Both the position numbers and the translations under genes were made by a program. This document shows positions 22,695 to 32,480 of a stretch of DNA of 64,000 nucleotides, piece after piece. The DNA lies in assembly GCA_963798485.1 (NCBI GenBank), contig CAWCTR010000010.1, positions 10,061 through 74,060 of the forward strand. The letters run 5' to 3'. Each line of letters opens with the position of its first letter. Position 1 is the stretch's first letter. The stretch comes from an uncultured delta proteobacterium (GTDB taxonomy: Bacteria > Desulfobacterota > Desulfomonilia > UBA1062). The notes under the pieces were generated by a model, which ran no database searches, was not told the DNA's origin, and saw nothing but the letters and a program-made list of their open reading frames with translations.

Positions 22695-23268
22695 TTATTC
22701 CTCAAAATACTCGTTCTTCATCTCCAAGGTCAGGCCGTCGCTGTTCATGAGGCGTCTTACAAGCCCCTCGATCTTGGGAAGCTCATAGCCATAGAAATAA
22801 CGGCACGCATAGATCTTGCCGGTGTAGAAATTCATGTCGCCACCCAGGAGGCTCCCCTTTTCGAGGGCCTTGTTGGCAATCAAGGCCTGCAGGAGCCACT
22901 GCCAGGCGATGGCGATGATGCCGAACAGCTCCGAGTGCGTTCAGGCCTGCCCGGCCCTTCTTCATAGTCATTTTGCGGCCCGGAAGGTCCATACCCTGGA
23001 TGCCGGTAGTCCCCTCGTGGATGGGATGGATCCTCACATCGCGGTAATACTGCTCCAGAGGAAACTCATCGTAATAGCCGTACCCGCCCAGGATCTGGAG
23101 CCCCTGGCTGCAGGAAAGGATACCCATCTTCATGGCTGTATCTATGACCATGTCGAAGACCTCCCGGCTGTGGTCGGCATAACGGGGATAGCCAAGGAGC
23201 GACTCAACATCGAACATCTCGTACAGCAGGAATCTCAGATTTCTCTCAGAGATGAATTTTTCAGCCAT
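22695..23268 (-). pseudogene. Acyl-CoA dehydrogenase remnant (large internal deletion plus frameshift), paralog of 48968-50833
   Basis: The N-terminus MAEKFISERNLRFLLYEMFDVESLLGYPRYADHSREVFDMVIDTAMK is joined directly to the late block GGYGYYDEFPLEQYYRDVRIHPIHEGTTGIQGMDL. It then shifts frame into the C-terminal block FYTGKIYACRYFYGYELPKIEG. Each block parallels the intact 621-aa paralog. Confidence 0.8.
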
Positions 23269-23570
23269 GGTAGATCCCCTTTCATGAAGTGAATGTGCCC
23301 TGAATAGATACGGTGATGCAGCGTGTAGTATACATAATTTCAGGTCTCTCATCCATCCCTAGATGAATCATACCCTAAACAGAGTCAATGCCTTTGTTTC
23401 GCATTTGTCCGTAATCATGCTCTACTTGGTTACTAAGAAAATTAAGGAATATATAATGGTCCAAAATCCGGATATCTTGAGAAGATTCGAAGATGATCTG
23501 GCCCGGAAAGAGGGAAGAATTCCCATCTATTCTTCTAAGAAGAACACAGGAGAAAACGCCATGTCGATAG

Positions 23571-24695
23571 CTAACCCACTATCTCCAGTTCATATTGAGA
23601 GCTCCCGAGGCCAAGCCTTTCAGCCTCGGCAATCTGGAGCCTGCCGTCTTTTTTATGAAGAAGGCTCAAGATATCCCACCCCTCTTTGAGGACAAGGCCT
23701 GAGGCCCTGGAATCGGGGAGAGGGCTTACCTTGCTCAAGATGTCGAGCGTCGCCGTATCGATGGCAACAGGGTCATCGGAGATCAGAATCCCCTGATCCT
23801 GGGCTATGGGCGGGTCTGCAAGGGGCATGCAGTCACATTCAGGCTGCATCTCAAGGAGGAAATTTATGTAGAGCACCCTTGACGGTTCGAATGTCTTCAG
23901 AATCGCGTTCGCCCCTTCTGCAACGGCCTTCATGAAGATCTCATGCGATACAGGGACTTCGATGGCCTCCACCGGGCATACCCGTGCGCATCTCCCGCAG
24001 CGCCAGCACTTGCCTTTGTCAACGGTGTAGACACTGTCCGGGAAGGTGATGGCCCCGATTGGGCATACATTCATGCAATCGAGACATAAGGTGCATTTCG
24101 TCTCATCCCATTGCATGATCTCCCCCATGAGAAAGTGCATCTTTCCCCTTCCCTGATGCCAGTCGCCACCCCGCGGGGCTGCAGATATACCGCCCATGGA
24201 TATGTTCTTGATGGCCCCCCCCAGTACAGCCTGGATGTGTCCTTTTACATGGGTCAGCACAACCATTGTTTTGGCATCGTGAATGGCGGAAGCTATGGCC
24301 ATCTCACCTAAAGTCTCGCCTGCATACACCTTGATGGAATCGTTCCCGAAGATCCCATCTGCCATGATCACGGGCGCGCCGAGTGTCAGGTGCGTGTATC
24401 CGGCCTCTTTGGCAATCTCCAGATATTCATAGCCGGGCACCCTTACCGAATCGGTGACAAAGGGTTTTGCAGGCACCTTTTTTACTGCATCGACCACCTT
24501 CTTGACAAACTGCGGGCGAATAGTTTTGAAGGCACCGTGATTGCCGAGGTGCATTTTCAATGCAACGAGCTCATCTTCAGGTATGTATCTTTTCAGGTCG
24601 AAACGCTCCAAGAAATTTTCGAATTTACCCATCAGCCCTGAGTCATAGGTGAAAGACTTCGACTGTGCAGTTATCTGGTACACCTTCGATTTCAT
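23571..24695 (-). CDS. DUF362 domain protein with 4Fe-4S dicluster insert
   Basis: LKMHLGNHG, FVTDS, THVKGH. CTLCLDCMNVCPIGAI and CWRCGRCARVCPVEAI. Confidence 0.85.
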   Translation of the reverse strand: MKSKVYQITAQSKSFTYDSGLMGKFENFLERFDLKRYIPEDELVALKMHLGNHGAFKTIRPQFVKKVVDAVKKVPAKPFVTDSVRVPGYEYLEIAKEAGYTHLTLGAPVIMADGIFGNDSIKVYAGETLGEMAIASAIHDAKTMVVLTHVKGHIQAVLGGAIKNISMGGISAAPRGGDWHQGRGKMHFLMGEIMQWDETKCTLCLDCMNVCPIGAITFPDSVYTVDKGKCWRCGRCARVCPVEAIEVPVSHEIFMKAVAEGANAILKTFEPSRVLYINFLLEMQPECDCMPLADPPIAQDQGILISDDPVAIDTATLDILSKVSPLPDSRASGLVLKEGWDILSLLHKKDGRLQIAEAERLGLGSSQYELEIVG

Positions 24696-24783
24696 AAATC
24701 CTCCTGTTGATCTACAAAGCCCTCTTGCAGCCGTTGTTAGTCCGCTGGTCTCGTGTCAATTGTCTGATGCCTTCATTATATCC

Positions 24784-25296
24784 TTATTCATACTTTTCAT
24801 AACATACTATTTTATCCAGGTCCTTTCTCGATTTCATGGGAGGCGGCTGGTCAGGATAACCGAGAGGCAGCATAGTCACAACCCGGATCCGGCCGGGAAT
24901 CTTGAGGATATCTTTGACCTCATGTTCATGAAAAGCCCCGAGCCAGCAGGTTCCAAGACCAAGTTCACAGGCCTGGAGAGTCATGTATGCACATGCAATC
25001 GATACATCCACCGTGTATGCACTCTGGCCGCAGGCCATTACACGCTCTGTCTCCGTGGCGCATGCCACGATCACAACAGGTGCCTGGGCCACAAATGTCT
25101 GTCCTAGAGCCGCCCTGGACAGTTTTTCCCTGGTGTCTTTGTCCCGAACAACAACAAACTTCCATTCCTGGCGATTGCTGGCAGACGGGGCAAGCCTGGC
25201 GGCATCCAACACCTTTTTAAGCTTCCCGTCTTCCACTTCAGTATCTTTATAGGCCCTGACGCTTCCTCTGTTACTAATTGCGGTAAAAACATCCAT
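24784..25296 (-). CDS. Nitroreductase family protein
   Basis: [12 protein letters not shown] ... [15 protein letters not shown] ... [11 protein letters not shown]. Confidence 0.9.
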   Translation of the reverse strand: MDVFTAISNRGSVRAYKDTEVEDGKLKKVLDAARLAPSASNRQEWKFVVVRDKDTREKLSRAALGQTFVAQAPVVIVACATETERVMACGQSAYTVDVSIACAYMTLQACELGLGTCWLGAFHEHEVKDILKIPGRIRVVTMLPLGYPDQPPPMKSRKDLDKIVCYEKYE

Positions 25297-25541
25297 ACAA
25301 TTGTTCTCCTTTTATACGGATCGGTTTGAAATAACTGATCGGCCTTTAACTTATTATAAGGCCGGCTTTCATGTTTTCAATTACTTCCCTTTGTATATCT
25401 GATGATAAACCTAATAAATAAAGTATAGAATATTACAGGGATAAAGTGAATCCAGTATTCTGGTCACTTGTCTCCCTGAAAATTACGGGGCCAAGGCCAA
25501 GCCCTCTGACACAAGACCCCGTATCATATCAAATAATCAGA

Positions 25542-26399
25542 CTATACGGAGTAATTGATCGATGTATAGTCGTCTGTACTTCCGGTGATGGTCTGGAAGA
25601 GATTCTGCAGGCTGGATGCCTGGCTCGATGCATAGGCAGACAAGGCCTTTGCAACGAGACTGTTTAAGGATGACGAGTTTGTCGAGTCTGTCGAGCTTGT
25701 CGAACTCGTAGAGCCGATGTCATCCAGATAGGCCTGTAGTTCCGATGCACTCAATACCCCGTCACCATTGGTATCATACTTGGAAAGGATACTATTCGCG
25801 CTGGTTGTGGAGCTGCCCGCCTCGGATGATCCCGAGGGAGGAGGCGGTGGTGGAGGTGCCATCCCCGCGTTTTGCGGGGCCGATATGCCGTTGGCATCAA
25901 GGAACGAACTGAACTCCGTGGCGCTCAGTGTTCCATCGCCATTGGTGTCGTAGGTGGAGATGGCATTGGTGGTGTCAATGGTGTTGCCGGTTGCCTTAGA
26001 CATGTTCGCCGCCCAGGTGTCCAGCTGTGCCTGTGTCATCTGGCTGCTGCCGCCGGTGATGGCATTAAAGAGATCCGTGGATGCAGAACTGTCCGATGAA
26101 TCCTGAGAGGTAGGCGGCGTTATGCCATTGGCATCAAGGAACGACTTAAACTCCGCAGTACTCAGTCCGCCGTCGCTGTCGGTGTCATAGGTGGAGATGG
26201 CATTGGTGGTGTCAAGGGTTGTACCGGTGACCTGTGAGATCTTCTTCCCAAAGGCGTCCAGCTCCGACTGGGAGATCTTGCCGTCGCCATTGGTGTCAAC
26301 CTTGCTGAACAAATCTGCAAGATCCGGCTTATGTTTTGCCTGTTGGGTCTGCAGATAGTTCAAGTAACTGGTGCTTGAACTACTTATTCCGCTAACCAT
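25542..26399 (-). CDS. Ser/Thr-rich protein with four EF-hand-type Ca-binding loops
   Basis: DTNGDGKISQSELD, DTDSDGGLSTAEF, DTNGDGTLSATEF and DTNGDGVLSASEL. An internal duplication of about 80 aa and a PPPPPPP linker are present. There is no obvious signal peptide. Confidence 0.8.
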   Translation of the reverse strand: MVSGISSSSTSYLNYLQTQQAKHKPDLADLFSKVDTNGDGKISQSELDAFGKKISQVTGTTLDTTNAISTYDTDSDGGLSTAEFKSFLDANGITPPTSQDSSDSSASTDLFNAITGGSSQMTQAQLDTWAANMSKATGNTIDTTNAISTYDTNGDGTLSATEFSSFLDANGISAPQNAGMAPPPPPPPSGSSEAGSSTTSANSILSKYDTNGDGVLSASELQAYLDDIGSTSSTSSTDSTNSSSLNSLVAKALSAYASSQASSLQNLFQTITGSTDDYTSINYSV

Positions 26400-26529
26400 A
26401 CTAGTCCTCCTTGTTTTAAGTTTGTACAGATTCGCGAAGTCTGTCCTTGACTAGATAGGCCAGATCCATGCCAGAAAAGGGAAGAAAGCAGTCTGCTGCT
26501 GGTTTTGTCGGATTATTTAAGTTACGGAC

Positions 26530-26730
26530 CTATAGCCCCTGGTCTGTATGAGATCTCCGGTCATCAAGCACCTCATGGGCGCGCTTGAGCAGGATGGATT
26601 TCCAGTTCTTGATCTGGTTGGGGTGGACATGGTGCTCATCGGCAATTTCATCCAATGTCTTTTCACCCCTGATATAATCAGCCACCACCCGGGCCTTGAA
26701 GTCTCCTGAATATCGTTTGCGATTCTTCAT
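26530..26730 (-). mobile_element. IS3-family transposase OrfA remnant (HTH part only, no OrfB)
   Basis: KRYSGDFKARVVADYIRGEKTLDEIADEHHVHPNQIKNWK. It ends after 66 aa, with no DDE ORF downstream. Confidence 0.7.
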
Positions 26731-26870
26731 CGATCCTCTTTCCTTTTCAAGCAGTAACTTATTATCTACGAATAATATTTATTGTGCCTACCTATGCCGC
26801 GACTTGTTCTTAAAGACATTCGGGAAACTTTTTGCCTGTTTCAGGGGAAATAATTACCTCATTCAATGTA

Positions 26871-27308
26871 TCATGCATCGTCATTCACATAGAAGTAATC
26901 GCAATCTTCGAGGTATGGATAACTGCTGGTATCGGTATAGTAATAACTGACCCCGCCAATTGTCACGATGTCCTCATCACTGCCGGAGTCATTAGCGAGT
27001 GCATCTGAGAGATCGGTAAGATCAATGCTGGTATCAAAAGAGCATTTCACGGACTTCTTTGTATCAGAGTCCATCACAGTGACCGAATTGGTCCCTACAC
27101 TGAGAAGTACGCCTTTCAGGAGGATATATGTTCCATTATAATCCTCGTTGCTGTTTCCCAATGCCGTCCACAGTTCGGGCACCGTCAATAATGTGTATTT
27201 TGAGGTCATGTCTTTATAAGTATCATCCGTGCTTGTAGTCTCATCAGTGTTGCATCCTGACATGCATAGGGCAGCAATAAACACATACGGCCATATTTTT
27301 CTTTTCAT
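26871..27308 (-). CDS. Lipoprotein, acidic, function unknown
   Basis: MKRKIWPYVFIAALCMSGC lipobox. Confidence 0.7.
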   Translation of the reverse strand: MKRKIWPYVFIAALCMSGCNTDETTSTDDTYKDMTSKYTLLTVPELWTALGNSNEDYNGTYILLKGVLLSVGTNSVTVMDSDTKKSVKCSFDTSIDLTDLSDALANDSGSDEDIVTIGGVSYYYTDTSSYPYLEDCDYFYVNDDA

Positions 27309-27498
27309 AGAAAGCCCCTCTTTTTGACGGATGATCATGCTGGAAAGAAATATAGCAGGCATTTGTGGAGAAAATGTGGATAAAGGATGTGAAGACTGTG
27401 TGGATTATCAAAATCGTTTGAAATGCTGCCAAGGGTGTATTACTGGTATGCTTGATGATGATAATACTCCCGGAGAAAAACCGTTCAAGAGTTCAGGC

Positions 27499-28956
27499 AT
27501 GAAGGTGAAACTTGCCTATAAGCTCTTTTTTGCATTTTTGATCACCAGCCTGATGAGCATCGTCATGATGGTGGGTATCATGCAGTACTTTGTTGTACGG
27601 AACTTTGAGGATTTCATCAATAAGATGGAAATGCAAAGGCTTGGTGAGATAGCCCAAAGGCTTGGTGCGGCTTACCATGAAAATAAAGGATGGGGGTTTA
27701 TAATAAGGGACCCGGGGGCTTTTAATAATATTCTGCAACAGGATTTTCCGGGAGAAGGCCATGAGCGAATGCCTCCTGCCCCGATCCGGCCGGACATCGG
27801 CCCGGGACCACGGATGCCCGGGAATGATTTCGATCGGGAATTACCCCCTCCGGAACCTCATCCCTTCATGGAGCAGAGGATATCTCTCTATGATGCACAA
27901 AAGCGGCTCGTGGCAGGTGGCGCCTTTCTCACCAAAGACCATATCTTCAAAGAAATTATTGTTGACGGGAAAATTGTAGGCCGGCTCGGACTGGACAGGG
28001 GAAGACGGCCGCCGGACCCCCTTCAAGAAAGGTTTCTCTCCAGGCAGTTAGAGGCCTTTTTTATCACCGGGTGCGCTGTGCTTGTCCTTGTTGCATTGGT
28101 CTCGTTGCTGTTCTCACGGCACCTGCTGCTGCCGGTGAGGCGGCTGAACGAGGGTGCGAATGCCCTGGCTTCCCGGAAGTTCAATACGCGCATCAAGGTG
28201 AGCTCCGGAGATGAGTTGGGCCAGTTGGCCGATGCCTTCAACCGTATGGCCCAGACCCTAGAACGGTACGAAGAACTGCGCAAACAATGGATCTCCGATA
28301 TCTCCCATGAACTGAGAACACCCATTGCCATACTACGGGGCGAGATAGAGGCCATACAGGACGGCGTACATGAAATGACCCGGGAGAATATGGAATCACT
28401 GCATTCGGAGATCATGCTTTTAGGCAAGCTTGTGGGCGACCTTCATGAGTTGTCCATGGCGGACACGGGTGCATTATCGGCCAAACAGGAACCTGTCGAT
28501 GTCATCAAGGTACTTCAGGATACTGTAGGCATGTTCTCCTCAAGATTTACCAAGGAATCACTTATAGTTCATTATGATCGAAAGCCGGGAGAACCTACAA
28601 TCGTTCTGGGTGACAAAGACCGGTTGGCCCAGGTGTTCTCCAATATACTCGAGAATACCCTGCGTTATACCGAAAGCCCCGGGGAGCTCAGGATTCACTG
28701 GGTCAAGACGGACAACGATGTGTGCATTGTATTTAAGGATACACAACCCGGTGTGCCCCACAGCGCCCTTGAGAGGCTGTTCGACAGGCTCTACCGCATA
28801 GATCCGGCAAGGTCCCGTAAGAATGGGGGAAGCGGTCTGGGCCTTGCTATCTGCAAGAACATCGTGGAGGCGTTCGGAGGAGAGATAAGGGCCGATCATT
28901 CCGACATCGGAGGACTTCGTCTGGAAATACTCCTGCCGCTGGTGCGGAACACATAA
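27499..28956 (+). CDS. Sensor histidine kinase (BaeS/CpxA-like: TM-periplasmic-TM-HAMP-HisKA-HATPase)
   Basis: MKVKLAYKLFFAFLITSLM start. H-box ISDISHELRTPIA. G-boxes GGSGLGLAICK. The ORF is also open from 27331. Confidence 0.9.
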   Translation: MKVKLAYKLFFAFLITSLMSIVMMVGIMQYFVVRNFEDFINKMEMQRLGEIAQRLGAAYHENKGWGFIIRDPGAFNNILQQDFPGEGHERMPPAPIRPDIGPGPRMPGNDFDRELPPPEPHPFMEQRISLYDAQKRLVAGGAFLTKDHIFKEIIVDGKIVGRLGLDRGRRPPDPLQERFLSRQLEAFFITGCAVLVLVALVSLLFSRHLLLPVRRLNEGANALASRKFNTRIKVSSGDELGQLADAFNRMAQTLERYEELRKQWISDISHELRTPIAILRGEIEAIQDGVHEMTRENMESLHSEIMLLGKLVGDLHELSMADTGALSAKQEPVDVIKVLQDTVGMFSSRFTKESLIVHYDRKPGEPTIVLGDKDRLAQVFSNILENTLRYTESPGELRIHWVKTDNDVCIVFKDTQPGVPHSALERLFDRLYRIDPARSRKNGGSGLGLAICKNIVEAFGGEIRADHSDIGGLRLEILLPLVRNT

Positions 28957-28973
28957 ACCGCGAGGATACTATC

Positions 28974-29654
28974 ATGATTGAACAGCATGTCCTTATTATC
29001 GAGGATGAAGATAAGATAGCATCTCTCCTTCGGGATTACCTGGAGAGGGCGGGATACAAGACGTCCCGGCTCGATCGAGGTGATGGTGCGATCCTTTTCA
29101 TGAAGAACAACCCGGTCGATCTTATCCTTTTAGACATCATGCTGCCCGGTACGGACGGTATGGAGGTATGTAAGGGAATCAGGAGGTTCTCCTTTGTCCC
29201 CATTCTCATGATAACCGCCCGCGTCGAAGAGATTGACAGGCTCCTCGGGCTTGAGCTTGGCGCGGATGACTACATCTGCAAGCCCTTCAGCCCTCGGGAG
29301 GTAGTGGCCAGGGTAAGGGCGGTTCTTAGGCGTGTTCATCCGGCAATGGAAGATCAGGCAATTAAGGCCGGCAATATCGTGCTCCATGAAGAGACGCGTG
29401 ATGTCTCAATAAATGGGCATGATCTCAGGCTGACGCCCATCGAGTTCGGCTTGCTCAAGATCCTCCTGACTCACCCGGGGCGTGTCTTTTCACGTAGTGA
29501 ACTGGTAAGCCACGTGCAGGGTTATGACTATGAAGGCTATGACCGAACCGTGGACACCCACATCAAGAATCTGCGCAGGAAGATGGCTGCCTTCATGCCG
29601 GAACAAGAGGTCATCTGTTCCATCTATGGGGTAGGATACAAGCTTCTCGTGTGA
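28974..29654 (+). CDS. OmpR-family response regulator
   Basis: VLIIEDEDKI..LILLDIMLPGTDG receiver, and a winged-helix C-terminus LTPIEFGLLKILL..VYGVGYKL. Confidence 0.95.
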   Translation: MIEQHVLIIEDEDKIASLLRDYLERAGYKTSRLDRGDGAILFMKNNPVDLILLDIMLPGTDGMEVCKGIRRFSFVPILMITARVEEIDRLLGLELGADDYICKPFSPREVVARVRAVLRRVHPAMEDQAIKAGNIVLHEETRDVSINGHDLRLTPIEFGLLKILLTHPGRVFSRSELVSHVQGYDYEGYDRTVDTHIKNLRRKMAAFMPEQEVICSIYGVGYKLLV

Positions 29655-30067
29655 TGAACCCGTAAAAGGATATCCTCTTCCTGCTTCTTTGTGATTATGC
29701 CCGCAACAGCGGCCTGTTTGACAAGCTTTTCGGACTGCTTGTCCATTGCCGTAATAAGGGCATCAAGCGGGACCCCGTACGCCTCAAGAATCGCAGGGGG
29801 CCCACTGCTGATGAGCAGTTGCCTGACGTTCTCCTGGGTCAGGCCCGTGAGCTCGGAGAGGACATCAATCTGCTGGTACATGAGCAGAAGTCTCATGCCG
29901 GGGGGCATAGGAGGTTCATGCGGTCCGCAGTGCGGGGGCGGCAGCGCTATGGAAGGTCCTGGTTCCTGTGAAGGGCCGCCCGGTAATTCAGCCCCGAAGG
30001 CGAGACTTAAGAATAAGACACTTACTGTCAGAATGGTTGCCATGATCACGGATGTCCTTTTCATCAT
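29624..30067 (-). CDS. Secreted Pro-rich protein, function unknown
   Basis: Signal peptide MMKRTSVIMATILTVSVLFLSLAFG. The 3' end overlaps the convergent response regulator gene by 31 nt. Confidence 0.6.
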   Translation of the reverse strand: MMKRTSVIMATILTVSVLFLSLAFGAELPGGPSQEPGPSIALPPPHCGPHEPPMPPGMRLLLMYQQIDVLSELTGLTQENVRQLLISSGPPAILEAYGVPLDALITAMDKQSEKLVKQAAVAGIITKKQEEDILLRVHHTRSLYPTP

Positions 30068-30163
30068 GATTCTCCTTCATGAATATTGATTCTTCCTCAT
30101 ATGTGTCATACAAATGTGAAGATCTTGAGGAGAAACCATGTGATTATTGTGGCAAAAACTATT

Positions 30164-31579
30164 ATGAGGAAGGGTTTATTGCCTGCTACCCTTCTTTCGG
30201 GTTTCCTCATTTTCTTCCCGGCGCTTTCTGCACATGCCCTTGAATACGCCATTGTCCCTGTTCACCCGGCCATGATTGCCCCGTTTGTCCTGCTGCTCCT
30301 GGCGATTGCGGTCATGCCCTTTATCAGTGCCGGCTGGTGGGAAAAGAGGTACGCTTATGTCTGCCTGATTCTCAGTTCAATCCCTCTGATTTACTATTTC
30401 ATTATTCTGAGGAACGCCCCGAGGATGATAAGTACGGCCTTCGAATACTTCAGTTTTATCGCCCTGATCGGTTCGCTCTACGTCGTATCCGGAGGAATCC
30501 ATATCAGGATAAAAGGGAGGTCGACGCCCCATGCAAATGTCATCCTCCTTGCCATAGGGGCCCTCATCTCGAATCTCCTGGGCACTACCGGCGCCTCCAT
30601 GGTGCTCATCAGGCCCTATATCCGGGTGAACCGGTATCGTATCTCGGGCTACCACATCGTCTTCTTCATATTTATTGTATCGAACATTGGCGGATTGCTT
30701 ACCCCTATCGGCGATCCGCCGCTCTTTCTCGGCTATCTGAAGGGTGTCCCGTTCTTCTGGGTGATCTCCCGTGTCTGGCTGATCTGGATTATTGCCGTCT
30801 CATTCGTGCTGATTGTTTTTTACCTCATAGACTACTACAACTTTAAGAAGCTCCCGGATGACATGGAACACGAGGTTGAAGAAGAGGGCGAACACGCCTA
30901 TGTCGAAGGCCTGCATAACAGCATTTTCCTCATAATGATTATCGGTGCCGTGTTCCTGAAGGAGCCTGTGCGCGAGATGGTCATGATCTTTGCTGCCGCC
31001 ATGAGCTATTTCGCGACAAAAAAACAGATCCACGAGAAGAACCGGTTCACCTTCATACCCATTCAGGAGGTTGCCATCCTCTTTGCCGCCATCTTTGCCA
31101 CCATGGTACCGGCCCTGGACTGGCTCGAGCTGAATGCGCTCAGCCTCGGAATCTCAGAGCCGGGCCATTATTACTGGTGCTCGGGAATCCTCTCTTCCAT
31201 CCTTGACAACGCCCCGACCTACCTCAATTTTTTAAGTGCCTCCTTTGGCCTGCACGGCCTCAGTGTTGATAACCCCTTCCATATGCAGGCCATGCTCGGT
31301 ATGCTTTCCGCTCCTCAAATCCACCACCTGCGGTTTTTGCAGGCAGCCCACCTTAAGCCCCTGACCATGCAATCATGGAAATATATCCAGGCCATATCGG
31401 CCGGGGCAGTGTTGTTCGGGGCAATGACCTACATCGGAAACGGCCCGAACTTCATGGTCAAATCCATTGCAGAGCATCAGAATGTGAAGATGCCGCACTT
31501 TATGGAGTATATCATTTTCTTTTCAATCCCCGTGCTCGTCCCGCTTTTTGTGGTTATCTGGTTTATTTTTTTCAGATAA
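30164..31579 (+). CDS. ArsB/NhaD-superfamily ion transporter (putative sodium:proton antiporter / citrate-transporter-like)
   Basis: About 12 TM helices. GTTGASMVLIRPYIR, GGLLTPIGDPPLFLGY, DNAPTYLNF. Confidence 0.75.
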   Translation: MRKGLLPATLLSGFLIFFPALSAHALEYAIVPVHPAMIAPFVLLLLAIAVMPFISAGWWEKRYAYVCLILSSIPLIYYFIILRNAPRMISTAFEYFSFIALIGSLYVVSGGIHIRIKGRSTPHANVILLAIGALISNLLGTTGASMVLIRPYIRVNRYRISGYHIVFFIFIVSNIGGLLTPIGDPPLFLGYLKGVPFFWVISRVWLIWIIAVSFVLIVFYLIDYYNFKKLPDDMEHEVEEEGEHAYVEGLHNSIFLIMIIGAVFLKEPVREMVMIFAAAMSYFATKKQIHEKNRFTFIPIQEVAILFAAIFATMVPALDWLELNALSLGISEPGHYYWCSGILSSILDNAPTYLNFLSASFGLHGLSVDNPFHMQAMLGMLSAPQIHHLRFLQAAHLKPLTMQSWKYIQAISAGAVLFGAMTYIGNGPNFMVKSIAEHQNVKMPHFMEYIIFFSIPVLVPLFVVIWFIFFR

Positions 31580-31604
31580 GTCTTGTCGTAACTGTGTTAG
31601 GAGC

Positions 31605-31657
31605 CAGAAGTCAGAATTCAGAAGTCAGGAATATTCTGAATTCTGACTTCTGAATTC
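31605..31657. other. Long near-perfect inverted repeat (hairpin) between two co-oriented genes
   Basis: CAGAAGTCAGAATTCAGAA (31605-31623) is the exact reverse complement of TTCTGAATTCTGACTTCTG (31634-31652). An internal direct repeat allows an alternative register. No T-run follows. Confidence 0.8.
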
Positions 31658-31720
31658 TCAACTCTGTCTCCCTGGCATGGACTTTGTATGTTATTGCTGA
31701 GATATCAGGGGAGGGACAGG

Positions 31721-32464
31721 ATGAAAATTGCCTCAGGGGATGTATTGGGGAGATTAATCCAAGGGCTTTCTGCGGGCCCCGCACATTCCGCCCAAAAAAC
31801 TGCTGCCGGCCCGGAAGGTTTTTCACAGCTTCTGGAAGAAGTAGTGCAAGCGGCCTCAGAAGGCCCGGATACAAAGATCGATAAGGATAAGATCACTGTT
31901 ATGCTTGAGCTCGTTAAGATGCAGATGAACCAGTCGGCCCTGAACTCATTTGGAGGTAATGATGGTGAGGATGACGGGGACAGTTTTCATTTCATGTCCG
32001 GCTTGACTGATATCCAGGGTACCCAACAGCAAGAGTCAAATATCCGACAGCCTGAACCGCCTACCCGATCAATTCAGCCGCCTGCAGATATGGATGGCAT
32101 AATTGACAAGGCATCTGCAACCTATGGGGTCGATAAGGGCCTCATTTCTTCGGTTATCCAGGCGGAGAGCGATTTTGATCCGAATGCCACCTCGCCTAAA
32201 GGCGCTATGGGGCTCATGCAGCTCATGCCTGACACGGCCAGGGGTCTGGGGGTGAGTAATGCCTACGACCCACAACAGAATGTCATGGCAGGCACCCGCT
32301 ACCTGAAAAGTCTGTTGGACAGATATAACGGGGATGTAAAACTGGCCCTGGCCGCCTATAACTGGGGCATGGGGAACCTGGAGCGCAGCACCGGGAACCT
32401 CCCTGAAGAGACACGGAACTATATCGCCCGGATCATGAAGAACTACGGTGTGGCAGAAGGATAG
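31721..32464 (+). CDS. Lytic transglycosylase (SLT domain) protein
   Basis: VIQAESDFDPNATSPKGAMGLMQLMPDTA ... AAYNWG. GGGGAGGGA RBS before ATG 31721. Confidence 0.85.
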   Translation: MKIASGDVLGRLIQGLSAGPAHSAQKTAAGPEGFSQLLEEVVQAASEGPDTKIDKDKITVMLELVKMQMNQSALNSFGGNDGEDDGDSFHFMSGLTDIQGTQQQESNIRQPEPPTRSIQPPADMDGIIDKASATYGVDKGLISSVIQAESDFDPNATSPKGAMGLMQLMPDTARGLGVSNAYDPQQNVMAGTRYLKSLLDRYNGDVKLALAAYNWGMGNLERSTGNLPEETRNYIARIMKNYGVAEG

Positions 32465-32480
32465 AGCTTATCATAACAGG

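Noticed and set aside
23363-23689. A 108-aa + strand ORF between the ACAD pseudogene and the DUF362 gene.
   Set aside because: Its 3' third overlaps the DUF362 gene on the opposite strand. It has no RBS or motif and probably lies in decayed sequence adjacent to the pseudogene.
27331-27498. A Cys-rich in-frame extension (7 Cys in 56 codons: CGENVDKGCEDCVDYQNRLKCCQGC) upstream of the histidine kinase start.
   Set aside because: The canonical BaeS/CpxA-like N-terminus (MKVKLAYKLFFAFLIT...) begins at ATG 27499. ATG 27331 lies 23 nt from the divergent lipoprotein start and has no RBS. This is most likely untranslated promoter DNA, though an N-terminal metal-binding extension cannot be fully excluded.
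31976-31992. A B-module-like string GGGGACAGTTTTCATTT inside the SLT gene.
   Set aside because: Only the first 8 nt match the B core. It lies in frame within a well-supported CDS (DDGDSFHFM) and is treated as chance similarity.
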